A DNA stretch of 64,000 nucleotides from a virus. Positions 27,705-39,900 of the stretch are shown piece by piece (within the stretch, counting starts at the first letter, position 1; each line of letters begins with the position of its first letter). Position numbers and translations under genes: made by a program. The notes below the pieces were generated by a model. That model saw nothing but the letters and a program-made list of their open reading frames with translations, had not been told where the DNA came from and ran no database searches. The stretch lies in the IMG/VR virus record IMGVR_UViG_3300005913_000002; one strand, 5' to 3'.

Positions 27705-28745
27705 ATGGCATTAGACGTTATAAGATATACAGGTGATTTAAAGTTAGCCACTGCTCGTGGAGGAACTATTACACTCGATACGGGTGTAAACACTGGAACA
27801 GTTGTTATAACTGGTAGTTTAAATGTTTTAGGCAATCAGACTAGTTTTGCAGCAACTAATACTAACATTCAAGATAATATTCTTTTACTTAATGCAGGCG
27901 AAACAAATTCATATGTAACATACGGTTCGGCAGGTCTTGCAATCGATAGAGGTAGTAGAGATAGCACAACATCGTCTGCAAGAATATTATTCAATGAAGA
28001 TACCTGGGTATGGACAAAAAACAATGGAACTACTTCTTCTAATGCAGGAAGTTGGTCTATAACTGTTGGTAACGGTGTTTCACAAAAAGGCAGCGCTTTA
28101 AGATTATCTTCTTTGATGCTAGATTATTCAGGAGTTGTTGATTCTAGCACTACTACCAACAGAATGATTCTGTTAGGAAATAGCGGACAACCAGAAATGT
28201 TGTCAGTTATAGGACAGCAAAATTATGCTTCTCGAGTAACACATCCTAATGATATTCCAAATAAAGAATATGTAGATAACAGACCTTTTTCAGGAACTGC
28301 TACTAGTTCATTAACTTCTTTAGAACTAAGACAAGGTAACACATATGTTACTGTATCAGACGACAGCGTATCAGGACTACCGAGTAAAGTAACTACATAC
28401 ATTGACGGAGTTAGTCAATTCTTAGTTCAAGGTAGCGGTATTACAATGCAAGGCATTGCTATTGTAAATCGTACTCTAAGAACAACTACAGCCAATACAG
28501 ACTTAACGTTACAAACTTTTGGCACAGGCACTACAGTAGTAAATAACGGTATATCAATTGGTGTATCTTCTACTGCTCCATTTAGAAGCCAAGGCTCTGT
28601 AAAGATTTATTCTACATCAACATTAGGCGCAGGTAGTACAGGATTGTTATTTGTTGCAGATGACAACAGAACATCACCATCTACAGAAGTTAGAGGTGAA
28701 TTAATATCTGCAAGAAAAGCATTGGTATTTTCAATTATATTTTAA
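27705..28745 (+). CDS. Virion structural protein (fibre-associated)
   Basis: Thr/Ser/Gly-rich beta protein with ITGSLNVLG...IQDNILLLN.GE and DIPNKEYVD fibre-type motifs; CTAAATA upstream. Confidence 0.6.
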   Translation: MALDVIRYTGDLKLATARGGTITLDTGVNTGTVVITGSLNVLGNQTSFAATNTNIQDNILLLNAGETNSYVTYGSAGLAIDRGSRDSTTSSARILFNEDTWVWTKNNGTTSSNAGSWSITVGNGVSQKGSALRLSSLMLDYSGVVDSSTTTNRMILLGNSGQPEMLSVIGQQNYASRVTHPNDIPNKEYVDNRPFSGTATSSLTSLELRQGNTYVTVSDDSVSGLPSKVTTYIDGVSQFLVQGSGITMQGIAIVNRTLRTTTANTDLTLQTFGTGTTVVNNGISIGVSSTAPFRSQGSVKIYSTSTLGAGSTGLLFVADDNRTSPSTEVRGELISARKALVFSIIF

Positions 28746-28754
28746 GGATTTAAG

Positions 28755-29072
28755 ATGGCTATCGCAAACGCACAACTTATCGCAACGGACAAAACAGAAG
28801 TATTTGTTTCAACAGGCGAAAACGCAATTACTTGTTTAATTTTTTGCAATACAAGTTCTACAGACGACGAAGTTACAATTTGGGTTGTTCCATCAAGTCA
28901 ACCTGCTGGCGATGCTAACATGATTATTAATGCAATGCCAGTTCCTGCCGGAGAAACATTTAGTATTGATACAGAAAGATTTATTTTAAGTGATAGCGAC
29001 AGTGTTCAAGCACAGGCAACGCAAAATAATTTAATTACTGCTACAGTGAGTTATGTTGCAACAGGGCAATAA
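28755..29072 (+). CDS. Small beta-sandwich virion protein
   Basis: AAGGA RBS; resembles 36563..36949 (VPAGETF..DTERFIL...DSVQA versus IPPNDSA...GKMILEAQDSIRA). Confidence 0.65.
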   Translation: MAIANAQLIATDKTEVFVSTGENAITCLIFCNTSSTDDEVTIWVVPSSQPAGDANMIINAMPVPAGETFSIDTERFILSDSDSVQAQATQNNLITATVSYVATGQ

Positions 29073-29074
29073 CA

Positions 29075-29809
29075 ATGAAATTTTATAAAAGAAAAAATTT
29101 AGATGACGGAAACGTAAGCAATGATTCTTTTGCTCTAACCGCAGCAGGTCGTTTGATAACTGATTTAACTGCCAGTATACAAGTACCTGCAGGTACTGTT
29201 GGACAACGTCCGTCAGGCGCTACAGAATATAATCAAATAAGATACAATACACAATTATTTGATTTAGAAGCATCAGTAAGAGGATTGTGGGAAAGAGTTA
29301 GAACAGTTCGTCCTGCCTTAATGAATGTTCAAAATTTAGGAAGTGGTAACTACTACAGTACATTTTTTGGTCCTTTAAATCCTAGCTATCAACTGTCATA
29401 TGATGCGGGCGCTGAAAACATATCAGTTTATGTTGATAATGTTTTTCAAATTCCAGGCACTAATTATGATTTAACAACTGATCCTAGTCCTGCATCAGCA
29501 GTAACTACTGGAACAACTGCTGCAAGTTCGTTGACTAATAATATTCTTTATCTAGACACTGTGGTCAATGTTCAGCCTGGAACAGTAGTTTCAGGATCGG
29601 CAGGAATCAATTCAGGAACAACTGTTGTTCAGACTATCACTGGAACATTTAACGTACAAATTAGTGAACCTGTAATTGGTGATGTTAATGCCGGAACATC
29701 ATTAACTTTTACATATTATACCGGAACGTATGTTCAGTTTTCAGGTGAAGTTCCTGCAAAACCTGTTGTAGTAATACAAGGTATCGACGGCTACTTCCCA
29801 CCTGGTTAA
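29075..29809 (+). CDS. Virion structural protein
   Basis: VPAGTVGQRP...IRYNT motif typical of T4-like fibre/baseplate accessory proteins. Confidence 0.6.
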   Translation: MKFYKRKNLDDGNVSNDSFALTAAGRLITDLTASIQVPAGTVGQRPSGATEYNQIRYNTQLFDLEASVRGLWERVRTVRPALMNVQNLGSGNYYSTFFGPLNPSYQLSYDAGAENISVYVDNVFQIPGTNYDLTTDPSPASAVTTGTTAASSLTNNILYLDTVVNVQPGTVVSGSAGINSGTTVVQTITGTFNVQISEPVIGDVNAGTSLTFTYYTGTYVQFSGEVPAKPVVVIQGIDGYFPPG

Positions 29810-29840
29810 TAGTCCTATTTAACCCAAAAAAATTAAATCC

Positions 29841-29848
29841 GATAAATA
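29841..29848 (+). promoter_or_regulatory. Late promoter (GATAAATA) before a structured leader of about 90 nt
   Basis: Late-promoter-like motif followed by hairpins and an AAGGAG RBS. Confidence 0.6.
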
Positions 29849-29941
29849 GTAGTGATGTCATGTTTTGGCAGTTGTCGCTACTGTGGTAAACCCGCAATGT
29901 AAGGTGGTTATCCGTGAAACTCGGAGGTTGAAGGAGTTAGT

Positions 29942-32900
29942 ATGGCCGTAGGTCGAATTACAGGCCCGTTACTCGCAAGCAATTTGCGTCGTGACGGAAT
30001 AGATATCGCAGTTGAAACAGACCTGTTATACATTAATGTTGTTGATGGCCGTATTGGTATCAAAACAGATTCTCCTAGAACCGAGTTAGATGTTAACGGC
30101 ACGTTAACTACTAAAGTATTAATTGCAGACACTGCTACAATTGGACTAGTTACAATTGAAAGTTCTACGTCTAGCAGCACAATTTCCACACTGTTTGGCG
30201 ATATTAATATCAATCCGGGTGGCGGCGACGTTCTAAATATCAATTCTGATACATATGTTGACGGAGATGTTTATGCAACTGGTAATTTCTTTGCTCAAGG
30301 AAACATTAGACTAGGTGATACTACTGGGACCGATGTAATCAGTTTCTTAGGCGAAATTAACACAGACATCCTTCCTTATCTTAGTACAGGAACATATGTA
30401 ACTACCGAAACTGAAAGTGGAACAGTTACTAACTTTATTACTAACACAGAAATTATTTCTGAATATAGTTTAGGTAATACAAGTTCGTATTGGAAAAATT
30501 CTTATCTAGACAACATATATACTAGAAGTATAGATACATTTACAACCGAAACTTCTACTAGTACCACAGCAACTTACGATATACAGTTCTTTCCTGATAT
30601 TCCGTTGTTAGAAAGATCTTTAAACAAGAGTGTTAGTATTAATGGTGATATTCGTGTTTACGGCAATAATCCAGTTGGCACATTTCCTACTGTTAATAAT
30701 ATTTTATATGTTAACGAAAATGGTAGCGACGACAATGACGGTCGAGCAATGGACTCAAGTCGTGCATGCCGTACTATAACTGGCGCCACTCGTAGTCCGT
30801 ATTTTAAACAAGGTACTGTTATTAAAGTGTCTCCCGGATACTATGCAGAAGATAATCCTATTCCGTTATTGCCTTATACTTCTGTTGTTGGAGATAGTTT
30901 ACGTGCAGTATTTGTTGAACCGTTAAACAACACTTTAGATTTGTTTCATGTTAATTCAGGTGTGTATATAACTGGTATGACAATGCTGAATTTAAGTCGA
31001 GGCGAAGTTACAAGATATAAACCAGGCGGTGCGGGAACATATACTACAGGTGCGTACTGTGTTGCATTTCCGCCTAGGTTAGATAATCCAATTGAGTTGT
31101 TTCACAGTCCGTATATTCAAAACTGTACTAATCAATCAGGTCCTTGGTTGTTTGACGGCACAATGTTTGTCCCAAATCAAACAGTTCAACTTCCATTAGT
31201 AGTTACAACATCCAGTTACGAAGCAAATACAACTACTATACTAGTAACAGTCAAACCAGAAATTACGGCTCAGCAAATCGAAGTTGGCATGGCAGTAAAC
31301 GGTACAGGTATTTTAATTGAAGATGATATTACTATTGCAACAGTAGTAGCAATTGAAAATCCTGATACAAATTTTCAAGCGGCAAAAACTCTTTTAGATT
31401 TAAACAAAACATTTATTCAGTCTGAAGTAGTTGCATGGGTTAATGAAACTTATCCTTCTTTATCTTATGACGACGACAAATGTGCAAGAGATGTAGGCTA
31501 CATTGTTGACGCACTAGCAAATGATGCAATTATTGGCGGAAATTTGAAAACAGTAGAAGCAGGTCGTTCGTATTACGAAGGCAATACTGAAATTTTAGGT
31601 AATGAATTGCAACCTACAATTGCATCATTTGGAAGAATTAACGACTTAGCGTTAGATGTAATTTCTAACACATCAACGATTTCAGTTACTTCTGGAACAT
31701 TAATAGCACAAACATTTGATGAAGAACAACTAGGCGGAGAAATAGCATCCGATAACATTACATCATTAGTTGTATTGCTACAAGATATTTTACAAAATCA
31801 ATCCGGGTATGAAAATGCAGCCGCCTTGTTAAATGCTAACAGAGGTTTCTTACAAGCAGAAACAGTTGCATTTGTAAATGAAACATATGTCGGTCAACCT
31901 ATTCCAAGTTTTACATATGACCAAGATAAATGTTTTAGAGATGTCGGATACATTATTGATGCAATTGGAACAGATTTAATTTACGGCGGCAATGAACAAA
32001 GTGTTACAGCAGGAGAAGCATACGCCGGCGGATCTGCAATTATAGGTGAAGTAGATGAAACAGTTGCCGGATTTACATATCTAGCATCATTGGTTAGAGA
32101 TGTAGTACTACAAAATCAAATCATTGATGGATATCAAAATACATTAACTCAAACTACAACATCAACGCTAGTAGGCACTAATGCATCTGTTGAAGCAATG
32201 ACTAATAATGTTGCTTTGATTAATTCATTAATACAAGGAACTGCAGGATCATCTCCTACAGTTATAAACAACGGACAGATAACTACTAATCAAGGCATTT
32301 TGGATAGTTATGCCCTATTAGAAGCCAACAAAGAATTTTTGCAAACTGAAGTAGTTAATTATATCAATGTATCATTTACTAATTTAGATTTTGTTTATAA
32401 TGCGGATAAGTGTGAAAGAGATACTGGATTAATTGTTGACAGCCTTTCAATGGATTTGTTGTATCAAAGTAATAGTAACTCAACATTTGCCGGACTTCAA
32501 TACTGGAATCAAGATAATTTTGCAAGTGAAATTGCAGGAGAAGTTACTACAACTACTAATGCATTTGCATATGCAAGCAATATTTGCCAAGACATCATAC
32601 AAAATTTTACTGTTACTCCGTTCCAAACTGATATTGACCAAGACTTTAGCACAACTGCTTCTACTACAGCAGAAGCAATTGCATTGTCAACTAACTTTAA
32701 CAAAATAATAGATATTATTACAAATGGTCCAGCAGGAATAACTGACGATATTGTACCAAACGATGTAGCATCTAATTCAGATAATATTGTTTGGGCAGTA
32801 GAAAATTTAACTAAAAATAAAGAATTCATTCAAGAAGAAGTTGTAGCCTGGGTAGAAGCAAATAAAGATTCAGGGTTTGTGTACGATCAAGAATTATGTC

Positions 32901-35900
32901 GTAGAGATGCAGGATATATTGTTGACTGTGTAACTTTAGATTTATTACATGGCGGCAATAGACAAAGTATTCAAGCAGGTGTATATTACTACGGATACGA
33001 TAGCACAAGTACAGTATTAATTAACGAAATTCCTCAAACTGTTGCTGCATATGCATACATGAAACAACTAATTGAAAAAGTTGTTCAACGCATTTCTGCC
33101 ACTAAAACGTATCAATCAGAAGTTGAACAAAATTTAGATACTACTGGTGCAACATTACAAGAAGCAAGATTTATTTCTAATAATTTAGATATCATTAGAA
33201 ATATTATTAGACAAGGTCCCAATGTTGCTCCTCCTAAAGTACCGTTGCCTACAACTGCAAGCACATTGCCTAACGTTTTTAATGCTTATCGATTATTAAA
33301 TGCAAATAGAGATTTTATTAAAGCAGAAGTTGTTGCATATGTAGATACTACTTTTATTCAACCTTACGAATTTAGATATAATGAACCTAAATGTTTCCGT
33401 GACGTAGGACTTATTATAGATTCAATTGCATTTGATATTACTAGACGATCAAATGTAAATTCATTAGAAGCGGGATTGGCATACTGGGACGGAGCAGTAA
33501 GTGTTATTGATGGGCAGTTAGGAGAAACTGCTGGAGCAATACAGTATACAAAAAATTTAGCGTTAGAAATTATTGCCAATAATCCAGTAACATCTTTTTA
33601 TCAAACTACTCGTGAGATATTAATACCTGGCACAAGTTCTACAACTGTAACTTCATTAGTATCTCAAATTATTAATCCGGAATTAAACGGAGGCGGTATT
33701 GCACGAAACTTAGTAGACAGTAATTTTAATGCAATTACTACTATTATTAAAGAAGGACCTGCGTTTGCACCGTTTAGTACAGAATCAACACTAACACAAT
33801 TTATTATACATTTAAGTACTTCTACAATTGCTACAGCAACTAATGATCTTATGTACTTTGGTGAAGTTACTACATACCCTGTTGAAGATAAAAAAATGCC
33901 AGGAGAATGGAGCGAAAACGGTTTTGCAGATCGTCGTCTTAATCCAAATGGTTCTGGAGGTGGAGCCTTAGTTGACGGTAACGCTCCAAGCCGTACAAGT
34001 CCAATTCAATCATTTGTGTTTGATGCGTTCACGCAAATTACGCAAGGCGGCCGAGGAATACATATTATTAACGAAGGTTATGCACAGTTGGTTTCGGTGT
34101 TTACTATTTTCTGCGATCAAGCAGTAACTGTAGAAAGTGGAGGCATTGCATCTGTTACAAACTCAAACAATAACTTTGGTGATTTGACATTATTAGCAAC
34201 AGGGTATGGTCCGAGAAAATTTGGCGGTACTATATATAATCCTAAAAATATTGCATACAACCCAGTAGATAATATATTTGAACCTAATGAATATTTTCCG
34301 TTAGGTTATTTTCCAACTAATCAACAAATTTGCGTATTTGTTCCTGATCCTGACAATCGTCCACATATTAGTTTAGTAATGGAAATTCAACCTCCTGATA
34401 AATTTGTAAATTATGATAACGAAGTTGTTCCTTATGTTAATGCTGAAGGATTTCCAGGATTTTTAACTGCTATTGCTAATACAACAACATTAACTACAAG
34501 TAGTTACACTATTAGCGGTATTGACACTACTGGCATTGCTGTAGGTCAAACAATATATGTAAGAGATCAATTTGGATACCAAGCAGACGATAATGGCGAA
34601 GGAGAGCAATACATTACTACTGGTACAACAGTTGTTGATGTTACTTTTCAAACTATACATTTAAGTAATCCAATTAATCAGGGTGGCGGCCAGTATGATA
34701 ATCCGTTCTACTTTAATATATATGCTTGCGGTAACGCTTACTACAACGTACTAACAAGTATTATTGCATCTAGTCCTTATCCAACAGGACAGAGTAAAAT
34801 TCTTGGACAAGAAACTGAAACTATCTCAGCAATCAATTATATGAAAGCAGTTACAAACAATGTTATTCAAAATATTGCAATGACTGCTACATTTTCATCT
34901 GCTACTATACAAGTAATTGATACAAGTTTACCGGGCGGCAATAATGCATTAGGACTAATTGAATCTAATATAGGTATCATTACTAATGTTATTCTGTCAG
35001 GACCCCAAGCAGCCCCTGAAGTTGCAACAACTGGGACTGCAATTCCTTTTAAAGAAAATATTGTTCAATTGATAGAAAAAAATAGATATTTTATCATGGA
35101 CGAAGTAGTTGGATTTGTTGATACTACTTTTGGCGGATTTCAATACAATGAAATAAAATGTGAAAGAGATACCGGATTAATTGTTGAAGCGTTGGCATTT
35201 GACTTGTTGTACGAAGGTACTTCACAAAGTACATTTGCCGGACTACAATATTGGAATCAAGGTAACTATACCGGTTCAGTTGTAGATGAGATTACTACTA
35301 CTACTGATGCAATTAATTATGCAAAAAGCCTTTCAGTAAGTATTGTACAAGCAGCATCAAATTCTACTGTTGCACAAACTGTGTCTAATAGATTTGATGA
35401 TATCACTAATTTGTTGACAAACGGTATAGACGGTGTAACTGATACTATAATTTCTAATAGTACTGCTACTTCTGATTCAAATATTATAGCAGGGTATGAT
35501 GCATTGATTGCAAACAAATCAGCAATTCAAACAAATACTATAAATTGGATTAATGCCAACTACCCTGGATTTAGTTACGATACTGTTACTTGCGAACGTG
35601 ACGTAGGATACATTATCGACAGTGTTGCATTTGATTTATTACATGGTGGCAACAAACAAAGCATAACAAGCGGAGTTTATTACTACGGTTACACGGGCAG
35701 TACTGCTATACCGAATGAAATACCTCAAACTACTGCTGCATATAATTTTATTAAAGCAATAGTAGGTGATATTGTAACAGGCACACCGATTAGTCCTAAG
35801 TTTCAATCTGCTGTAGCACAAGTTACTAACTTAGAACCTGCTACTGAAACAGAAGCAGTTATTATTAGATCAAATGTTGATTTAATTACAAATATTATTA

Positions 35901-36544
35901 ACACAGGCCCTGTAGGAATTTCTCAAGTACCAATTGGGTTGACTGCATCAACTTCAACTGCTGTACAACAAGCATTTGATTTGCTAATTGCAAATAAAGA
36001 ATTTATTAAAGCAGAAGTTATTGCATATATTGACAACGAGTTTGGTAGTTTTGAATATAACAGACAAAAATGTCGAAGAGATGTTGGATTAATTATTAAT
36101 GCTTTACAAGCAGATATTTTATCTGGCGGTAATTTTAGAGCAGTAGAAGCAGCAAAAACTTATTACTCTAAAGAAGGTACTTATCATATTGTTACATTAG
36201 AAGACAATGTAAGAGATCAATTATTATTTGTTGATGGTTGTACAGTAAACTTCTATCAACGTTCATACATGAGTGCTAGTGGCTACTTGTTTGAATATTG
36301 TGGCGCAGGCACTAACTACGGTGCTTTACCCCAAGTAGGCAGAGTTGATCCAAATCAGAGCAAGGAAGTAGTTCAGTTAAATAATGGTAAGGTGTTCTTT
36401 ACATCAACAGACCAAAACGGAGATTTCCGAATTGGTCCTGGTTTAGTAATTAGTCAAGCAACTGGCGTGCTAAGTGGAAGAACATTTGAGAAGAGTTTAT
36501 TTGCACAGATGACACCATTCATCTTAGCAGTTGAAGCAGGTTAA
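29942..36544 (+). CDS. Giant virion protein (2200 aa): beta-helix-like scaffold with 8 phycobiliprotein/globin-like repeat domains
   Basis: YVNENGSDDNDG...ACRTI and SPYIQNCT scaffold motifs; 8 copies of Y(D/N)xxxCxRDxG; C-terminal GKVFFTSTDQNGDFRIG. Confidence 0.75.
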   Translation: MAVGRITGPLLASNLRRDGIDIAVETDLLYINVVDGRIGIKTDSPRTELDVNGTLTTKVLIADTATIGLVTIESSTSSSTISTLFGDININPGGGDVLNINSDTYVDGDVYATGNFFAQGNIRLGDTTGTDVISFLGEINTDILPYLSTGTYVTTETESGTVTNFITNTEIISEYSLGNTSSYWKNSYLDNIYTRSIDTFTTETSTSTTATYDIQFFPDIPLLERSLNKSVSINGDIRVYGNNPVGTFPTVNNILYVNENGSDDNDGRAMDSSRACRTITGATRSPYFKQGTVIKVSPGYYAEDNPIPLLPYTSVVGDSLRAVFVEPLNNTLDLFHVNSGVYITGMTMLNLSRGEVTRYKPGGAGTYTTGAYCVAFPPRLDNPIELFHSPYIQNCTNQSGPWLFDGTMFVPNQTVQLPLVVTTSSYEANTTTILVTVKPEITAQQIEVGMAVNGTGILIEDDITIATVVAIENPDTNFQAAKTLLDLNKTFIQSEVVAWVNETYPSLSYDDDKCARDVGYIVDALANDAIIGGNLKTVEAGRSYYEGNTEILGNELQPTIASFGRINDLALDVISNTSTISVTSGTLIAQTFDEEQLGGEIASDNITSLVVLLQDILQNQSGYENAAALLNANRGFLQAETVAFVNETYVGQPIPSFTYDQDKCFRDVGYIIDAIGTDLIYGGNEQSVTAGEAYAGGSAIIGEVDETVAGFTYLASLVRDVVLQNQIIDGYQNTLTQTTTSTLVGTNASVEAMTNNVALINSLIQGTAGSSPTVINNGQITTNQGILDSYALLEANKEFLQTEVVNYINVSFTNLDFVYNADKCERDTGLIVDSLSMDLLYQSNSNSTFAGLQYWNQDNFASEIAGEVTTTTNAFAYASNICQDIIQNFTVTPFQTDIDQDFSTTASTTAEAIALSTNFNKIIDIITNGPAGITDDIVPNDVASNSDNIVWAVENLTKNKEFIQEEVVAWVEANKDSGFVYDQELCRRDAGYIVDCVTLDLLHGGNRQSIQAGVYYYGYDSTSTVLINEIPQTVAAYAYMKQLIEKVVQRISATKTYQSEVEQNLDTTGATLQEARFISNNLDIIRNIIRQGPNVAPPKVPLPTTASTLPNVFNAYRLLNANRDFIKAEVVAYVDTTFIQPYEFRYNEPKCFRDVGLIIDSIAFDITRRSNVNSLEAGLAYWDGAVSVIDGQLGETAGAIQYTKNLALEIIANNPVTSFYQTTREILIPGTSSTTVTSLVSQIINPELNGGGIARNLVDSNFNAITTIIKEGPAFAPFSTESTLTQFIIHLSTSTIATATNDLMYFGEVTTYPVEDKKMPGEWSENGFADRRLNPNGSGGGALVDGNAPSRTSPIQSFVFDAFTQITQGGRGIHIINEGYAQLVSVFTIFCDQAVTVESGGIASVTNSNNNFGDLTLLATGYGPRKFGGTIYNPKNIAYNPVDNIFEPNEYFPLGYFPTNQQICVFVPDPDNRPHISLVMEIQPPDKFVNYDNEVVPYVNAEGFPGFLTAIANTTTLTTSSYTISGIDTTGIAVGQTIYVRDQFGYQADDNGEGEQYITTGTTVVDVTFQTIHLSNPINQGGGQYDNPFYFNIYACGNAYYNVLTSIIASSPYPTGQSKILGQETETISAINYMKAVTNNVIQNIAMTATFSSATIQVIDTSLPGGNNALGLIESNIGIITNVILSGPQAAPEVATTGTAIPFKENIVQLIEKNRYFIMDEVVGFVDTTFGGFQYNEIKCERDTGLIVEALAFDLLYEGTSQSTFAGLQYWNQGNYTGSVVDEITTTTDAINYAKSLSVSIVQAASNSTVAQTVSNRFDDITNLLTNGIDGVTDTIISNSTATSDSNIIAGYDALIANKSAIQTNTINWINANYPGFSYDTVTCERDVGYIIDSVAFDLLHGGNKQSITSGVYYYGYTGSTAIPNEIPQTTAAYNFIKAIVGDIVTGTPISPKFQSAVAQVTNLEPATETEAVIIRSNVDLITNIINTGPVGISQVPIGLTASTSTAVQQAFDLLIANKEFIKAEVIAYIDNEFGSFEYNRQKCRRDVGLIINALQADILSGGNFRAVEAAKTYYSKEGTYHIVTLEDNVRDQLLFVDGCTVNFYQRSYMSASGYLFEYCGAGTNYGALPQVGRVDPNQSKEVVQLNNGKVFFTSTDQNGDFRIGPGLVISQATGVLSGRTFEKSLFAQMTPFILAVEAG

Positions 36545-36562
36545 GAATAAAGGAAACATATT

Positions 36563-36949
36563 ATGGCATTAATTCCATTAAACACATTTAAGACAAAAAC
36601 AAGAGTTTTAGATACAAATACAACAGCATCAGTATATGTTGCACCAATTGGCGTTACATCTATTGTGTTAATGGCTCAAGTTGCAAACACAGATCCTAGT
36701 GCATCTCACACTATTACATTTAGTCATCACAGACGATTTAGAGTATTGCCAGATGCACAAGGAAATAACGCACAAGATCCTAACGTTACTACAGAATTAG
36801 TAATGGACTTTGAAATTCCGCCAAATGATTCTGCAAGTTTAATTACTGGTAAAATGATTTTAGAAGCACAAGATAGTATTCGTGCATACGCAGACTCAAA
36901 CGGTCCTCTAAAACTTGTATTAAGTATCTTAGAAACAGCCAATAACTAA
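36563..36949 (+). CDS. Small beta-sandwich virion protein, paralog of 28755..29072
   Basis: AAGGAA RBS; shares the motif pattern of 28755..29072. Confidence 0.65.
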   Translation: MALIPLNTFKTKTRVLDTNTTASVYVAPIGVTSIVLMAQVANTDPSASHTITFSHHRRFRVLPDAQGNNAQDPNVTTELVMDFEIPPNDSASLITGKMILEAQDSIRAYADSNGPLKLVLSILETANN

Positions 36950-36980
36950 TAGTAATTTTTGATTTTTAAAGAGAACACTA

Positions 36981-39900
36981 ATGCCACGTTTATTAAGTAA
37001 TAGAAGACCTGTATTAAGACCAGAAGATTTAAAAGAAGATCGATGGGATTATCTAAATTTAGAAAATGCACAACCTGCATTAGGAGTAGCACCTACGGCT
37101 AATGAAGGTTATACATTACAAACTGACGAAGATGGCAAAGTAACTTGGACAAATACGTTAGGTAGGTTAGCGTTTGAAGATCAAACAATTACTGCGACTG
37201 AAAACGGTACAGACATTACTATAAGTGGCATCGATACAGAATCTGAAATTATTTTAAGTCCGTTTCAACGACTACAAATAAATGGCGACGCAGTAGTTAC
37301 TGGTGATTTTACAGTAGAAGGAAATCCTTTAGGTACTTATCCTATTGTTCCGCAAACATTATATGTTACTCCTGATGGCGATGATAGAAATGACGGATCT
37401 GCATTAGATGCAAGTCGTGCGTGTCGTACTATTAGTGGTGCTGTTCGTAGTCCTTTGTACATTCCGGGAACATCTATTAAAGTTGCAGCAGGCGCATACT
37501 TTGAAGATAATCCAATTCCTTTAAAACCTTATACTTCTGTTGTTGGTAACGATTTACGGACAACTTTTATTGAACCGTTAAATAAAGATTTAGATTTATT
37601 TCACGTAAACAGTGGCGTTTATATTGCTCAGATGCAAATGCGTAATTTACGCAGGGGCGAAGTAGAACGATATGCACCTGGCGGCGCAGGCACGTATACT
37701 ACAGGTGCTTATGCAGTGGCATTTCCGCCGAGCCTGGATAATCCAATTGACTTATACCATTCTCCTTACATTCAAAACTGTACTAACCAATCCGGGCCTT
37801 GGCTAAAAGATGGAACAATGTTTGTTCCAAACCAAACTGTACAAATTCCTTTAGGCGCAGGGACTAGTACATGGGTCGCTAATCAATCTACTATTACTGT
37901 GACATTGTACACAGGAACAGTTGCAGTTGGCATGGCAGTAAACGATGAAGCAAACGAAGGATACCGTAACGCTCAATTGTTACTACAAAGAAATAAAACA
38001 TTCTTACAAAGTCAAGTAGTTGCTTGGATTAATAATGAGTATCCAGGTTTAGATTACAACCAAGATTCGTGCTATCGTGATGTAGGGTTTATTATTGATG
38101 CAGTATCAGGAGATGCTAGATTTGGCGGAAATAAACGAAGTATTGAAGCAGGCTTAGCATACTGGAGCGGTGTAACAACATTAATTCCTGGAGAAATAAA
38201 TGAAACTGCAAATGCAATTCAATATTTAAAATCCATATCTGCAGATGTTGTTATTAACAATGCAACATCAGTTACTTTATACAGCACATCTACTAATCAA
38301 GTTATAGATTTAAATCTTGATAAAGGTTCAGTTGTACAAACACGTATTGCTACAAGTTATGATTTAATTTCTACTATCGTAACTAACGGAGAAATCGCAG
38401 TACCTAATACAGTAGATGATTTAGTAGGATTAATATATCCTACAGGGCTAAGTCCTAATGAAGTTAACGTAGCATCTACTGTTACATCAGTTAACATGAT
38501 TGCTCAAAATACTTACGAAGTAATGTTAAGTAGGCCAACTGTGGCTGCAAGTGATGATGCAAGAATTTATTTTGGATACACTACTACCTATCCTTACTTA
38601 GATGCAGAAGTTCCGCCGGAGTGGCAAGTTGATGACGGCGAACAATACGCTATTAGAACTTTAGATCCAACCGGTGCTGGAGGTGGAGCCCTAGTTGACG
38701 GTAACGCTCCCAGTGAGCGTAGCCCAATTCAATCATTTGTGTTTGATGCGTTCACGCAATTGAACCAAGGTGGTAATGGTATACATATTATCAACAACGG
38801 CTACGCACAGTTAGTTTCTGTGTTTACAATTTTTTGCTCTAACGCAGTTATTGTTGAAAATGGAGGCATTGCTTCCATTACTAACTCTAACAGTAACTTT
38901 GGTGATACATGTTTAACTGCTAAAGGATTAGGCAAACTTGCAAGTCAAGGATTTGTCCGAAACCCCGCATACCCTACAAACGTTCCAAACGGAGAATATT
39001 ATCCGCTAGGTTTTTGGCCAAACAGTCAGCAAATGGAAGTATTTCTTCCTAACGATCTAGATCGTCCGCACATCGGTCAAGTTATGGAAGTAGTTCCACC
39101 TGATACATATATTGATTTTGCAGGAAATCGTGTTCCGTATGTTAATGAAGTAGGATATCCTGGTTACTTGGTCTCTACTTCTAATACCGGTTCTATTACA
39201 ACTAGCAGTTATATTATTAGCGGCATTGATGTTACTAACATTGCAGTAGGTCATACTCTGTATATTCGAGATGTATATGGTTCTGAAGTTCATCCAGAAA
39301 CTGGAGAACCTTATGTAACTACTGGTACTCAAGTTGTTGATGTACAATTTAAAACAGTAGTTTTAGACCGTCCAATTCTAAACGGATATACTGACACTAA
39401 TTTTAATTATTTTAATCTGTATTTTGCAGGAAATGCTTACTACACAGTGTTATCTAGCACAATCGATAGTGCGCTATCATCGACTGTGTCTAATCAAGTT
39501 ACTCTAGTACCCGGACAAGAAACTACAACAAGTTTAGCAGTAAGTTATGCTAAAGATATTGCATTAAGAGTTATTCAAAATGTTCCTATAACTGGATTTG
39601 TGTACGACAAAGTAAAATGTGCTCGAGATACTGGTATTATTGTAGACACAGTTGTTGCAGATTTAATGTTTAGCGGTACAGGACCATTTACTCAAGCAAA
39701 CTTTTCTGGATTGCAATATTGGAATCAAGATGGGTATGTCGGCGATATTGCTAACGAATTAACCACTACTACTAATGCAATCAAATACGTAAAAGAACTA
39801 GCCTATAACGTTGTATTAGGTAACACAACTTCTACACCTTATCAATCTACTGTAACGCAAAATTTAAGTTTACCAGTTGCTACAGGCACAGAAGCCTCTG

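Noticed and set aside
29882-29925. c-di-GMP-I riboswitch (GGTAAACCC resembles its P2 start)
   Set aside because: The GNRA loop/receptor and GACGCAAAG elements are missing; kept only as an unclassified structured leader.
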